Translations under genes and position numbers: made by a program
The notes under the pieces: generated by a model
Database searches by the model: none
What the model was told of the DNA's origin: nothing
What the model saw: only the letters and a program-made list of their open reading frames with translations
Virus record (IMG/VR): IMGVR_UViG_3300015365_000054
Length of the DNA: 64,000 nt
Reading direction: 5' to 3' (one strand)
Source: a virus
Taxonomy: Duplodnaviria > Heunggongvirae > Uroviricota > Caudoviricetes
Shown: positions 16,420 through 26,116 of the stretch, in pieces
Layout: every line of letters starts with the position of its first letter
Numbering within the stretch: the stretch's first letter is position 1

Positions 16420-17367
16420 TTATTTGTTTTCTAATACGATCACTGGTTCGACAAATATCCCAGCTGAATTGGATTTAGACCCAACACGTTTAGCCATCCT
16501 ATATCCCATAACATACGGATTCATGTGGGAATATTTCTCCAGAATTGGTTGTACGATTCTGTTGTATGTATGATTTCCATACATATCACTAATGTTAAGC
16601 ACCAGATGACCACCAGACTCAAGAACAGATATAGAATTGTCCATCATAGCAAACAAGAACTTATCCATCCATTCATCGAATTTCTTATATAGCGCATGTG
16701 ATGATTTTTCGCCCTGATATTTTTCAGCCTTCCAATACGGAGGTGAGGTGAAAACCAAATCATATTTACCATCCGGAGGACTGATCTCTGATCCTTCATA
16801 CTCAAATGATATATTACATGTGTGTTCATACATGTATTGCATAGATGCATACCCAGCAAGTACCAATGGATTAGTATCCCTGCAATGATAATCTATTCCA
16901 GAAGCCATGGCAGCAATGAGCCTATCTCCCCAACCACCACATGGATCATATACTCGTGTGGCATTGAACATGCTATATATCGCCATAGCTGCTGTTGGTC
17001 TGAATTGTGATGCAATGTACTTACGTAGTGCCATTGCTGTTTTTGGATTAGCATCGAAAAATTTACTATTCTCCAAAGTCTTTCTGTGTTTTTTCTGATA
17101 CCAATTCCGAATTGGTGATGGTGATGTTAATGAGTCACATGCCATTCTGGTTGCCCAATGATGTCTATTGGACGCTATCATTCCAGTTTTATCTGAATCA
17201 ATATATTTTGGGATATAGTATTGGTTATCAAATTCTGACCTAGAAAACCAATCACCATCTTTTAATAGAGATGTGTGTTTATTATTTTTATGGAATGCAA
17301 TTAGATCATTATAATCTGCGAATGCTTCTGTGTCAGAAGGCGGGGGAATTGGAAACAAATTGGTCAC
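16420..17367 (-). CDS. DNA amino-methyltransferase, paralogue 2
   Basis: SQFRPTAA, YDPCGGWGDRL, FTSPPYW; GTG start with GAGGA RBS. Confidence 0.85.
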   Translation of the reverse strand: MTNLFPIPPPSDTEAFADYNDLIAFHKNNKHTSLLKDGDWFSRSEFDNQYYIPKYIDSDKTGMIASNRHHWATRMACDSLTSPSPIRNWYQKKHRKTLENSKFFDANPKTAMALRKYIASQFRPTAAMAIYSMFNATRVYDPCGGWGDRLIAAMASGIDYHCRDTNPLVLAGYASMQYMYEHTCNISFEYEGSEISPPDGKYDLVFTSPPYWKAEKYQGEKSSHALYKKFDEWMDKFLFAMMDNSISVLESGGHLVLNISDMYGNHTYNRIVQPILEKYSHMNPYVMGYRMAKRVGSKSNSAGIFVEPVIVLENK

Positions 17368-17421
17368 TTAGTATCCTCACATAATAAAATCAAAATGCGG
17401 TTTATCTCCAAATTGCAAGCT

Positions 17422-17488
17422 TGGTGATCCTATTAATCCAGTGAATCATATTCACGACACTATACACCAGCAAGGTTTAGTGTGGATT
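17422..17488 (-). ncRNA. candidate structured RNA (three-way junction plus pseudoknot)
   Basis: AAUCCA/UGGAUU, CACUA/UAGUG, GUGAAU/AUUCAC; loop UGGUG can pair with downstream CACCA. Confidence 0.45.
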
Positions 17489-17493
17489 CGTTT

Positions 17494-17501
17494 TATTTAT
17501 A
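17494..17501 (-). promoter_or_regulatory. T4-type late promoter
   Basis: TATAAATA immediately after the stop of 17502..17762. Confidence 0.6.
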
Positions 17502-17762
17502 TTATCCGATAGTTACAGACTTAACCTTATCCACATAAAAAGATTTCCATGCACCAGCATCCACATCCCAGACGGATACTAAATTATCTGGTCTAGCATT
17601 CTCCTGCAAGAGAACCTGATCCGGTGCTGGATTATTGGGGAGATATTCCCCAAGAAGAGTACAATTCATTGTACGCTCTGTGCCATCATTCTTAATAAAT
17701 GAAATGGTTATTATTCCATTTTGGAGTAGACTCACAATATTATGTTTAGTAAATACGTTCAC
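17502..17762 (-). CDS. SH3/WYL-like beta-barrel protein (DUF2693-like)
   Basis: ISFIKNDGTERTMNCTL...VWDVDAGAWKSF. Confidence 0.75.
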   Translation of the reverse strand: MNVFTKHNIVSLLQNGIITISFIKNDGTERTMNCTLLGEYLPNNPAPDQVLLQENARPDNLVSVWDVDAGAWKSFYVDKVKSVTIG

Positions 17763-18718
17763 ACTTTTCTCCTAAAATAGTCAATAGTTTTATCAAGCCC
17801 ATCACTCAACATTACTTTAGGCTCCCAACCCAAAATAGTTTTGGCTTTGGTTATGTCTGGTTGTCTCTGTTTTGGGTCATCCAGAACAGCATCCACAAAG
17901 GTGATGTTACCAGAACCAATCTTCTTGGTAATTATATCAGATAATTGTGCAATTGTAAACTCCGCTGGATTCCCTATATTTATAGGCGAATTCTCATTGG
18001 TAAATGCGTATCTTATAATACCATCAACCAGATCGTCAACATAACAAAATGATCTGGTTTGTGATCCAGTACCGTATATTTTAATGCTTTCATTTTTCAA
18101 TGCAGCGACAATGAAATTGGATACTACTCTACCATCATTAACAGCCATGTGCGGACCATAAGTGTTGAATATTCTCACTATACCAGAATTGGTATCATAT
18201 TTCCGATTGTAATCCGAAAATAATGTTTCTGCCCCACGCTTACCTTCATCGTAACATGAACGAATTCCAATAGTATTGACGTTACCAAAATACTCTTCCG
18301 TCTGTGGATGTATCAGCGGATCACCATATACCTCTGATGTTGATGCTTGCACAACTCTAACTCGTAATTTGTTCGCCAAATTTAATACGTTTCTAGCACC
18401 AATAATGTTGGTCATAAATGTGTATGTTGGATCTTTTTGGTAATGTACTGGGGATGCTGGGCATGCCAAATTTATGATTAAATCAACGCCCATGATGCCA
18501 GACATAGTATTATAGAATGAATCACTTGTTATATCCATCTTATACATATCAAAATTTGCATACTTATAACATTCATACAAATTCTGCATACTACCAGTAT
18601 ACATATTATCTACACAAATGACTTCATGTGATTCTTGAAGAAGTCTATTACATAAATGTGATCCAATAAATCCTGCGCCACCAGTTACTATAATTTTCAT
18701 ATCAAACCTCTGTCTCAT
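17759..18718 (-). CDS. NAD-dependent epimerase/decarboxylase, UDP-glucuronate decarboxylase-like
   Basis: GGAGFIGSH, LACPASP.HYQ, STSEVYGDP, YDEGKR, NTYGP, DDPKQRQPDI. Confidence 0.9.
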   Translation of the reverse strand: MRQRFDMKIIVTGGAGFIGSHLCNRLLQESHEVICVDNMYTGSMQNLYECYKYANFDMYKMDITSDSFYNTMSGIMGVDLIINLACPASPVHYQKDPTYTFMTNIIGARNVLNLANKLRVRVVQASTSEVYGDPLIHPQTEEYFGNVNTIGIRSCYDEGKRGAETLFSDYNRKYDTNSGIVRIFNTYGPHMAVNDGRVVSNFIVAALKNESIKIYGTGSQTRSFCYVDDLVDGIIRYAFTNENSPINIGNPAEFTIAQLSDIITKKIGSGNITFVDAVLDDPKQRQPDITKAKTILGWEPKVMLSDGLDKTIDYFRRKV

Positions 18719-19301
18719 ATTTGTATTTCATATATCTAGCCAAATACCATGCATCGACTATATCTGTGGTAGGATTTCCTAATTTTGTGGTTGGTGATAT
18801 TATCTTGTGTAAATTCTGTACACCAGAATCTACACAGAATGAATTATACATCAACTGTTTGTCGGCATTACCTTTCCCCGTGGCGAACTTTTTCAGCGTA
18901 GATGGTGAAACGGTATCGAAATCATATTCATTTTTATATAGCATGTATTTCATTAAACCGCAATTTTCTGCAATGTGGAAAACTTTCCCCTTAGACCCAA
19001 AAGAATAGTCTTCAATCATAATGTATATATCTCTATCATCCAGTCCATTCAATATATCCAAAACCCAAGTTGCTATATTTTCGTATCTCTCTTGTTCTGA
19101 ATAATATTCATCGTGTAGGATTCCGAGGATATTACACATACCAGTATCAATCTGCCCTGTGAGTTTAATCTTATCTGTTAAATAATATCCCTTACAGTTT
19201 GCTTCTATTTTACTACCACATATAACAACTGCTGGACTTGTTAGGGAGTAATCAATCCCAATAAACTTCGCCATCGTCGCTCCCTTCGTCCAAATCTTCA
19301 T
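18702..19301 (-). CDS. RuvC-like Holliday junction resolvase
   Basis: IGIDYSLTSP, IEDYSF, KKFATGKGNADK, DIVDAW. Confidence 0.8.
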   Translation of the reverse strand: MKIWTKGATMAKFIGIDYSLTSPAVVICGSKIEANCKGYYLTDKIKLTGQIDTGMCNILGILHDEYYSEQERYENIATWVLDILNGLDDRDIYIMIEDYSFGSKGKVFHIAENCGLMKYMLYKNEYDFDTVSPSTLKKFATGKGNADKQLMYNSFCVDSGVQNLHKIISPTTKLGNPTTDIVDAWYLARYMKYKYETEV

Positions 19302-19473
19302 CTTCTGGGAACATCAACTCATTATTGTTGAAATCTAAATCAGCATTTTTGGTATCAAATTCATCCCCACAAAAGGGGCAATATGATGGGCAATCATGGC
19401 TAGTATCATTATCATTATAGTGTAATGAGAAAATCGAACTACACTTATCACATACGACCTTTTTTCTTATCAT
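19252..19473 (-). CDS. Zn-ribbon protein with acidic tail
   Basis: CDKC...CPFCG. Confidence 0.7.
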   Translation of the reverse strand: MIRKKVVCDKCSSIFSLHYNDNDTSHDCPSYCPFCGDEFDTKNADLDFNNNELMFPEDEDLDEGSDDGEVYWD

Positions 19474-19476
19474 GCA

Positions 19477-19782
19477 TTAACTCCTAGTAATCTCTAATAT
19501 TTTTTCTATTTGTTTATCTATAATTGGTACTCTATTTGCCCAATGTATATATTCTTTCTCTGGATTCTTTTTCAGGTTATATAGTAGTGGAAGTATCAAA
19601 CGTTCCAGCTGCTGTAGCTTATCCTTGAATGCCTCTTCTGTTAATTCTGATATCTTAGTGGCTTCTTCCTCACTGGCGAAGGTGAATCCAAAATCATCAT
19701 CGGATTCCAATATATTCTTATCTGACATCGTTTTCTCCGTAGAATAGGTATATTTCAGGATCAACCACACCAGATATATCAC
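19477..19782 (-). CDS. phage hypothetical protein (start probably MSDKN)
   Basis: DDFGFTF, LILPLLYNLKKNPEKEYIHWANR. Confidence 0.7.
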   Translation of the reverse strand: MIYLVWLILKYTYSTEKTMSDKNILESDDDFGFTFASEEEATKISELTEEAFKDKLQQLERLILPLLYNLKKNPEKEYIHWANRVPIIDKQIEKILEITRS

Positions 19783-21037
19783 ATTGCATTATATCAAGAA
19801 TTTTATCATCGACCAAATCACCATGCACCCACCAATCCTCAAACGAAGATTGTCCTTCTGGGGATATGTCTCCTGCGACTAATTTATACCCAAGTGATTC
19901 AAGATATTTTCTGGATTTATATCTATATGACTTGGTATCATCCAAATAATAATCATGTTCATATGTGATTGTTCTGAATTTATATTTATCGAATGGTATT
20001 GATAGTAATATATCAAATGTTGTTTTTGCTGGATCACAATCCACTTGCAAGTAATCAATTACACCATCAACAGCAAGGGTAGATAATAAGGAATCATAAT
20101 TCACCGTCGTAGCATCACAGCACATAGATGAGTTCTTCCTTGTTGAATTATATTTTTCTACAGCATTAGGATCAATGTCGATGCCCAATCCAATCCAGTG
20201 AAAATCTTTCTCCAATAAGAATGTATTGCTGTTGAATGTTGGATCGGACGATCCAATCTCAAAATATCTTCCGTTTTCCTTTCCATTTAGAACAGATAGA
20301 ACAAACAAATCTTGATATACTTGAGAATATGTTTTTGTTATTTTTTCCGATCCAGCAAACTTAAATTTTAATCTATTGTGCTTGGATTGATCATAGTGCT
20401 TGAATGCTTTGCTGCGATTTATACCCAATCTCGACAAATTATCATATACTGCTTTTTTGTGGATGGGATCCATTACGTTATGGTATTGTTCGGATAGTTC
20501 ACGGAGAAGTGCCCTACTCTCGTCATTCTTGCCCCACCACCAACCACAGATAGCTTTTTCAAAAATTAAATTATATTTACCAGCATAATCAACATTGGAT
20601 TTTAATGGTGGAAGATTGAAATCACATACCCCTAAACCCATAGATGCAATCATATACCCATCCACATATTGGTGTGTTCTTTCCAGAAGTCTACTGAGTA
20701 GGAAATATGCTTCCGGTCTTTTTGGTAAAAGATATATAGCATGTTGCATTATTCTCTTTACTGTATTGTGTCTATTGCCTTGTCTATCATAACACAATGC
20801 GCTGCGCAAAAGACATTCATACGATAGAGTTTTGTCTTCGGTTCTTTCTGCTGCCCTATAGAAATATGTGATGGCTGATGCAGTTTGATTCATGCTGTCG
20901 TATATAGTGGCTAACGTATAATTTTTAGTCGCATCTTCTGTATCTAATGCCAAATCACGAATAGCACCACGTAGAACATTTACATTTTTCGGTTGATTTA
21001 TATAAATCATATTATTTTCCATAAACAATACCTTCAA
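19718..21037 (-). CDS. TPR-repeat protein fused to a FkbM-like methyltransferase domain
   Basis: P.RPEAYFLLS TPR region; SQVYQDLFVL, YFEIGS, IDYLQVDCD, ITYEHD, EDWWV. Confidence 0.75.
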   Translation of the reverse strand: MKVLFMENNMIYINQPKNVNVLRGAIRDLALDTEDATKNYTLATIYDSMNQTASAITYFYRAAERTEDKTLSYECLLRSALCYDRQGNRHNTVKRIMQHAIYLLPKRPEAYFLLSRLLERTHQYVDGYMIASMGLGVCDFNLPPLKSNVDYAGKYNLIFEKAICGWWWGKNDESRALLRELSEQYHNVMDPIHKKAVYDNLSRLGINRSKAFKHYDQSKHNRLKFKFAGSEKITKTYSQVYQDLFVLSVLNGKENGRYFEIGSSDPTFNSNTFLLEKDFHWIGLGIDIDPNAVEKYNSTRKNSSMCCDATTVNYDSLLSTLAVDGVIDYLQVDCDPAKTTFDILLSIPFDKYKFRTITYEHDYYLDDTKSYRYKSRKYLESLGYKLVAGDISPEGQSSFEDWWVHGDLVDDKILDIMQCDISGVVDPEIYLFYGENDVR

Positions 21038-22025
21038 TTACTTCACTTGGACACCTGAGTATATATGCAGCATTATCAGTGACACCAAATGTTATGAGAT
21101 AATCATCACCATATTTACACATACCAGCACAGAATTCAATTTCTGCGTTTAAGAACGAAAACGGATTTGTGCATATTGACACATCCCAATCTTTATCAAA
21201 TTTGATGATCCTGTGCCTGTATGTGGCATCCTTCTTTCCGTTCTCACTCTGGAAAAGATCAACTTCGTGGGTAATGCAAATATGATCACCATTATCTCCT
21301 ATTGGAATCACTTGTGATCCACCTCTTTGATCACGTATACCATGTAATAATACATTTCCCATATGGACAGTGGTGGATGTCTTTGTGTCGGGATTAGCCT
21401 TAACAATCTCTACAGGTGAACACCACTTAACAAACTGGTAATCCTTATCTATAACTGGCATCCAATTCTTTTCACAATAAGAATTCGCATTCACATCTGT
21501 GCCAGCAGTTGGTACAGGAATTCTAAATCGTGATATCTCACGAACAGAATCATCTGTTATTTCAATCTCACTTAATTCCATTCTACCTTGTCCATTTGGT
21601 GTTGTGTCACGACGAACACCACATAGGTATAATTTATCGTCCCATCTAAAAACTCTACAATCTTCCAATCCAATAAATTCCCATTTAGGTGGTGAATTCA
21701 ATTTAGAAAAATCCACTTTTCTCACCCATTTCATTCGCAGATCACTGGGATTCAGTTCAGAAAAGAAATTTGTTGTCGTTAGTGTAATGTCATTTTCTGG
21801 GTTGAGATAAGTTAGTGGTCCCCACTCGTGTTCGAATATTCCCTTTTCTGAATGCAGAATAGTGACTTGACAATGACGTATATTCACATACAATCTACCA
21901 TTATCATTATATATTGATGGATTGAATATCCCAGTGCCATTGGTCATTTCTGCTGGGACTACCAATGGATATATATCACCACCACTATCAAGTACGATCT
22001 TCACAAAATTATCAGTCATGCACAA
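21012..22025 (-). CDS. beta-propeller glycoside hydrolase/phosphorylase-like protein (GH130/DUF377-like)
   Basis: FNPSI, GLEDCRV, CEKNWMP, RGGSQ, EFCAG. Confidence 0.7.
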   Translation of the reverse strand: MCMTDNFVKIVLDSGGDIYPLVVPAEMTNGTGIFNPSIYNDNGRLYVNIRHCQVTILHSEKGIFEHEWGPLTYLNPENDITLTTTNFFSELNPSDLRMKWVRKVDFSKLNSPPKWEFIGLEDCRVFRWDDKLYLCGVRRDTTPNGQGRMELSEIEITDDSVREISRFRIPVPTAGTDVNANSYCEKNWMPVIDKDYQFVKWCSPVEIVKANPDTKTSTTVHMGNVLLHGIRDQRGGSQVIPIGDNGDHICITHEVDLFQSENGKKDATYRHRIIKFDKDWDVSICTNPFSFLNAEIEFCAGMCKYGDDYLITFGVTDNAAYILRCPSEVIEGIVYGK

Positions 22026-22773
22026 CTCCCAATAAATTCTCTATTTTAGTATTATTATCAAAATTCATCCACTTGCTACGTATCCGTTGTTCGGATATAT
22101 GATGTGGTATCTTACTGACATCCAAGTTATCTTTTTTATCTACATTATTATTTTCGACAAACAAAGGAAAATTATATATCACACCAAGATTCCAATATAA
22201 AATATTTTCAACAATTGGCATCATATCATCCACTTCCAATTTGTATATATTATCCGCCATCACATGTCTATCTAGTATTTGCTTAACCCAATCTCTGCGC
22301 ATTAGTGATAACCCACCCCACCATCTACCATATCGCATATCAAGATTTAATCTTTTTTCTGTTATATCTTTCAGTGGATATTCAATTCTAACCAATTGTA
22401 TACATCGCCAATTAGATGGCAGATTAGCCATGAAATCATCCCACGTAAAATTCCAATGATCTATACTAAAAAAATCATGATCATCTTCACAGAAGATAGC
22501 ATATTCATCATTTGTTTCGTGATACCATCTATTCATACATCTCAAATGTGATATTGCTGCTCCCATACCAGCAGCACACAATGAATTTATATATTTACCA
22601 TATACACATAAATCAGGAAGCATTTCATTAAAGGGTACTGTTATATATGGCGTATATGATATGCCATATTTTTCGAATTGTGAGTTCATAAACTGCTGTC
22701 TATGAACTGCACTTTTCAGTGAGATGTAATTTACAGTCGGGAAATTTAATAGTTTATTTTGCCCAGACATCAT
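22012..22773 (-). CDS. glycosyltransferase family 25-like protein
   Basis: YISL...HR, GAAISHL, IFCEDD, W..IQL. Confidence 0.75.
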   Translation of the reverse strand: MMSGQNKLLNFPTVNYISLKSAVHRQQFMNSQFEKYGISYTPYITVPFNEMLPDLCVYGKYINSLCAAGMGAAISHLRCMNRWYHETNDEYAIFCEDDHDFFSIDHWNFTWDDFMANLPSNWRCIQLVRIEYPLKDITEKRLNLDMRYGRWWGGLSLMRRDWVKQILDRHVMADNIYKLEVDDMMPIVENILYWNLGVIYNFPLFVENNNVDKKDNLDVSKIPHHISEQRIRSKWMNFDNNTKIENLLGVVHD

Positions 22774-23731
22774 CCCAGCTTCCGGTCAATGTACCTTTTG
22801 CATAATCAGTTGCACGATTTTCAAAGAAGTTCGAATGTCCAGGAGCATTAATCATACCTTCAACCCATGGTAATGGATTCTTCTTTACTTTGAAGATTCC
22901 CTTTAGACCCAATGAAATCAAACGGCGATCAGCAATGTAACGGATGTATTGTTTAACATCTTCTGCTGTAAGACCTTCCATTGCGCCCATACTAAATGAT
23001 AAATCAATAAACTTATCTTCAAGTTCAACCATCTTTTCTGCAATTGAGTAGATTTTTTCCTTGAGTTCATCATTCCAAATTTCACGATTCTCTTCTATAT
23101 ATGTTCTGAATAATTTAATCATTGATTCGGCATGTGTGGTTTCATCCGCAATAGACCACTGAATTATCTGTCCCATTCCCTTCATTAGTCCATGTCGTGG
23201 GAAATTCAATAACATTATGAATGAACTGAATAGTTGCAATCCTTCCGTAAATGCAGAGAATGCCGCAATTTGCTGTGCCACATTCTTCTTATCCATGTTG
23301 ACAAATTGCTCAAAGTATTCGTGTTTATCCTTCATGGCTTGATATTGCAAAAATTCACTATATGTGGATTCTGGCATACCAAGAGTTTCAATTAGATGTG
23401 AATATGCCGCAATATGTACAGCTTCTCTAGCAGCAAAGCCAAGCAACATCATTCTTACTTCTGGTTGTGGGAATACGGGAAGATAATTCTTTACATATCC
23501 AGAAGCAACATCGATGTCACCTTGTGTGAAAAATCTGAATATGTTCGTCAGGAAGTACTTCTGTTCTTTTGTTAGTTTTTTCTTCCAATCCTTAACATCA
23601 TCAATCATGGGGACTTCACTAAATAACCAGTGCATTTGCTCATGCTTCAACCATGCTTCATATGCCCATGGGTAGTTCCACGGTTTAAAGTAAGGTCTTT
23701 CATCAGTCAATTTCAAAATATGTTTAGTCAT
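22754..23731 (-). CDS. nrdB: ribonucleotide reductase class Ia beta subunit
   Basis: FFTQGD, EAVHIAAY, EGLQLFSSF, DETTH, NFFENRATDY. Confidence 0.95.
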   Translation of the reverse strand: MTKHILKLTDERPYFKPWNYPWAYEAWLKHEQMHWLFSEVPMIDDVKDWKKKLTKEQKYFLTNIFRFFTQGDIDVASGYVKNYLPVFPQPEVRMMLLGFAAREAVHIAAYSHLIETLGMPESTYSEFLQYQAMKDKHEYFEQFVNMDKKNVAQQIAAFSAFTEGLQLFSSFIMLLNFPRHGLMKGMGQIIQWSIADETTHAESMIKLFRTYIEENREIWNDELKEKIYSIAEKMVELEDKFIDLSFSMGAMEGLTAEDVKQYIRYIADRRLISLGLKGIFKVKKNPLPWVEGMINAPGHSNFFENRATDYAKGTLTGSWDDVWAK

Positions 23732-23969
23732 TTAGCCATGTCTCCAATTCTTCTTTTGTCGATACTCCTGATGTGCGCTTGATTTCTGTATTAGCATCAA
23801 GCATGATCATAGTAGGAACACCCCTGATACCAAACTCTTTAGCATAGTCCATATGTTCGTCTATATCATATTCCTCAATGGGAACTTCCGTATTGACTGT
23901 TTCCAAGATTTTAGAGAGCATTTTGCAAGGTGAGCACCAAGACGCTCCGAATTTAATTACTCGTTTCAT
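23724..23969 (-). CDS. thioredoxin
   Basis: WCSPC, IRGVPT. Confidence 0.9.
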   Translation of the reverse strand: MKRVIKFGASWCSPCKMLSKILETVNTEVPIEEYDIDEHMDYAKEFGIRGVPTMIMLDANTEIKRTSGVSTKEELETWLND

Positions 23970-24184
23970 TTGTCAACCTCAAATTGTTTGAATCTATTTT
24001 TTATTTCGGTGGAGAATGCAGCACTCAATCCACTATCTATCTGCCATCCATCTACTATACCAGTTTCACATACCTTTGTACATTCTTCTATTATCAACTT
24101 AGCAAATTTCTCTAATTTATCATTATTAGTTAATAATAAATTTATACCAGCATCTTTTGCTCTTTGTCTTATCAATCTATTCAT
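23966..24184 (-). CDS. small EKFAxLIxxEC-family protein
   Basis: LEKFAKLIIEECTKVC...IKNRF. Confidence 0.65.
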   Translation of the reverse strand: MNRLIRQRAKDAGINLLLTNNDKLEKFAKLIIEECTKVCETGIVDGWQIDSGLSAAFSTEIKNRFKQFEVDK

Positions 24185-24291
24185 CTACTACCTTTTTTAT
24201 TTTTTCTATTTTTAAATATTCGACCTTCAACCCAACCAACTCCTGTGTGATCAAATGATCTAATATGACCAATCCCGTTATTATACCAAAT
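24181..24291 (-). pseudogene. start-less remnant resembling a homing-endonuclease C-terminal tail
   Basis: Reads IWYNNGIGHIRSFDHTGVGWVEGRIFKNRKNKKGSR directly after an in-frame TAA. Confidence 0.45.
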
Positions 24292-24314
24292 TTATACAAT
24301 ACAAGATTTTCAAT

Positions 24315-26105
24315 CTAACCTTCACACGCTAAACATTCCCCTCCTTCAGCCAAAGCCCTCAAATCGATTTCTTTAATAATATCTCGTTCAATCTTCTTGA
24401 ATACTTTATCTGCTTTACCAATCTTTTCTGAACGACAGTAATACATTGTCTTGAGACCTTTAGCCCAAGCCATGAAATGAACGGCATGCAAATATTTAAT
24501 GTTGCTATCTGGTCTAAAGAATACATTCAGTGATTGCGCCTGATCAATATACTCCTGTCTGTCTGCTGCATGTTGTATAACCCATCGCTGATCTATTTCC
24601 ATAGAGGTTTTGAATACTTCTTTTTCTTCATCAGTAAGAATATCCAAATGCGTAACAGAACCATCATTAGCAATGATGCTTGACCATATATCCTGTAGTT
24701 TATCAGCATCACTGATTTTTGTTTTTAGTATATCATCCAAAAATCTATTCTTATTCAAGTGTGCCCCAGAAAGGGTATCTTGACGATATGCATTAGCCCT
24801 GTATGGTTCTATAGATGGTGAAGTATTATTCATTAGAATACTCGAACTTGCATTAGGTGCAATAGCTGATGTATGTGAAAAACGTCTACCTGTACCAACC
24901 GCATCTGGTGCTTCACCACGAATAAGACCTAGCTCCAGATTGGCTTCATCCAATTTCTTTTTTATATGCTTAAATATTTTATGATTTGCTGATGTGGCTA
25001 AAGCGGATTCCCATGGTATCATATGTTTTTGTAGATATGCATGGAAGCCCAATGCACCGACACCAATACTACGTTCTCTCATGGCAGAATATTTGGCTCT
25101 TTTGATTTCTTTCGGGGCATTATCAATAAAATACTGTAATACATTGTCTAACATCTCAGCAACATCTTTCAAGAACAACTTATCATTTTTCCATGCGTCA
25201 TAATGCTCAAGATTCACGGATGATAGACAACAAACTGCTGTGCGATCTTTATCCACGCATAGTAGGATTTCAGAACACAAATTAGATTGTCTAATTTTCA
25301 ATCCTAACTTCTTTTGAAAATCCGGCAACGCCCTATTACTATGGTCGATAAAATGAAGATAAGGTTCACCAGTTTGCATACGCATTTCGATAATACGTTG
25401 CCACAGATCTTTAGCTGAAATAGTTTCTCTCACTTCTCCTGAGTGTGGATCTTTCAAATCCCAGCTATCATCAGCATGAGGATCAAGCATACACTTTTCG
25501 ATGATATGCATAAAATCATCAGTGATATTGATACCATGATGTAGGTTCAGGCAACGCATATTTTGATCACCTGTGGGCTTACGCATTTCCAAGAATAATA
25601 AAATATCAGGATGGCTAATATCAAGATAAGCAGCATAAGAACCACGACGAGTTTTTCCTTGTCGATAAGCAAGAGAACTGACATCATACGTTCGCAAGTG
25701 TGGCATAACACCAACAGACTTATCATCAGCAGATCGAATACCTACCCCGATACCAACACCACCACCAAGCATAGACAACCAATTTACTTCGGATAGACAA
25801 TCAACCAATCCATCAGCTGAATCATGCAAGTATGAAAGAAAACATGATATGGGGAGACCACGTTTAGATCTCCCAAATGATAATATGGGTGTAGAGTATG
25901 ATAACCATTGCTTGGATGAATATTCATATAAGCGTTGTGCATGGTCTCTATCAGTACCAAATGATTTTGCAACAAATGCGAATCTTTCTTGTGGTGAATT
26001 TTCACCTTCCATCATATAAGATTCTTTCAGTCGCTTCATCCCCAATTCATCAAACAACGAATCTCTTTTATAATCAACTTCAATGCCATGAACAGTATCT
26101 GTCAT
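24315..26105 (-). CDS. nrdA: ribonucleotide reductase class Ia alpha subunit (no ATP cone)
   Basis: PISCF, QSNLCSEI, VCCLSS, APNASSS, C-terminal CLACEG. Confidence 0.95.
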   Translation of the reverse strand: MTDTVHGIEVDYKRDSLFDELGMKRLKESYMMEGENSPQERFAFVAKSFGTDRDHAQRLYEYSSKQWLSYSTPILSFGRSKRGLPISCFLSYLHDSADGLVDCLSEVNWLSMLGGGVGIGVGIRSADDKSVGVMPHLRTYDVSSLAYRQGKTRRGSYAAYLDISHPDILLFLEMRKPTGDQNMRCLNLHHGINITDDFMHIIEKCMLDPHADDSWDLKDPHSGEVRETISAKDLWQRIIEMRMQTGEPYLHFIDHSNRALPDFQKKLGLKIRQSNLCSEILLCVDKDRTAVCCLSSVNLEHYDAWKNDKLFLKDVAEMLDNVLQYFIDNAPKEIKRAKYSAMRERSIGVGALGFHAYLQKHMIPWESALATSANHKIFKHIKKKLDEANLELGLIRGEAPDAVGTGRRFSHTSAIAPNASSSILMNNTSPSIEPYRANAYRQDTLSGAHLNKNRFLDDILKTKISDADKLQDIWSSIIANDGSVTHLDILTDEEKEVFKTSMEIDQRWVIQHAADRQEYIDQAQSLNVFFRPDSNIKYLHAVHFMAWAKGLKTMYYCRSEKIGKADKVFKKIERDIIKEIDLRALAEGGECLACEG

Positions 26106-26116
26106 ATCGACTCCAA

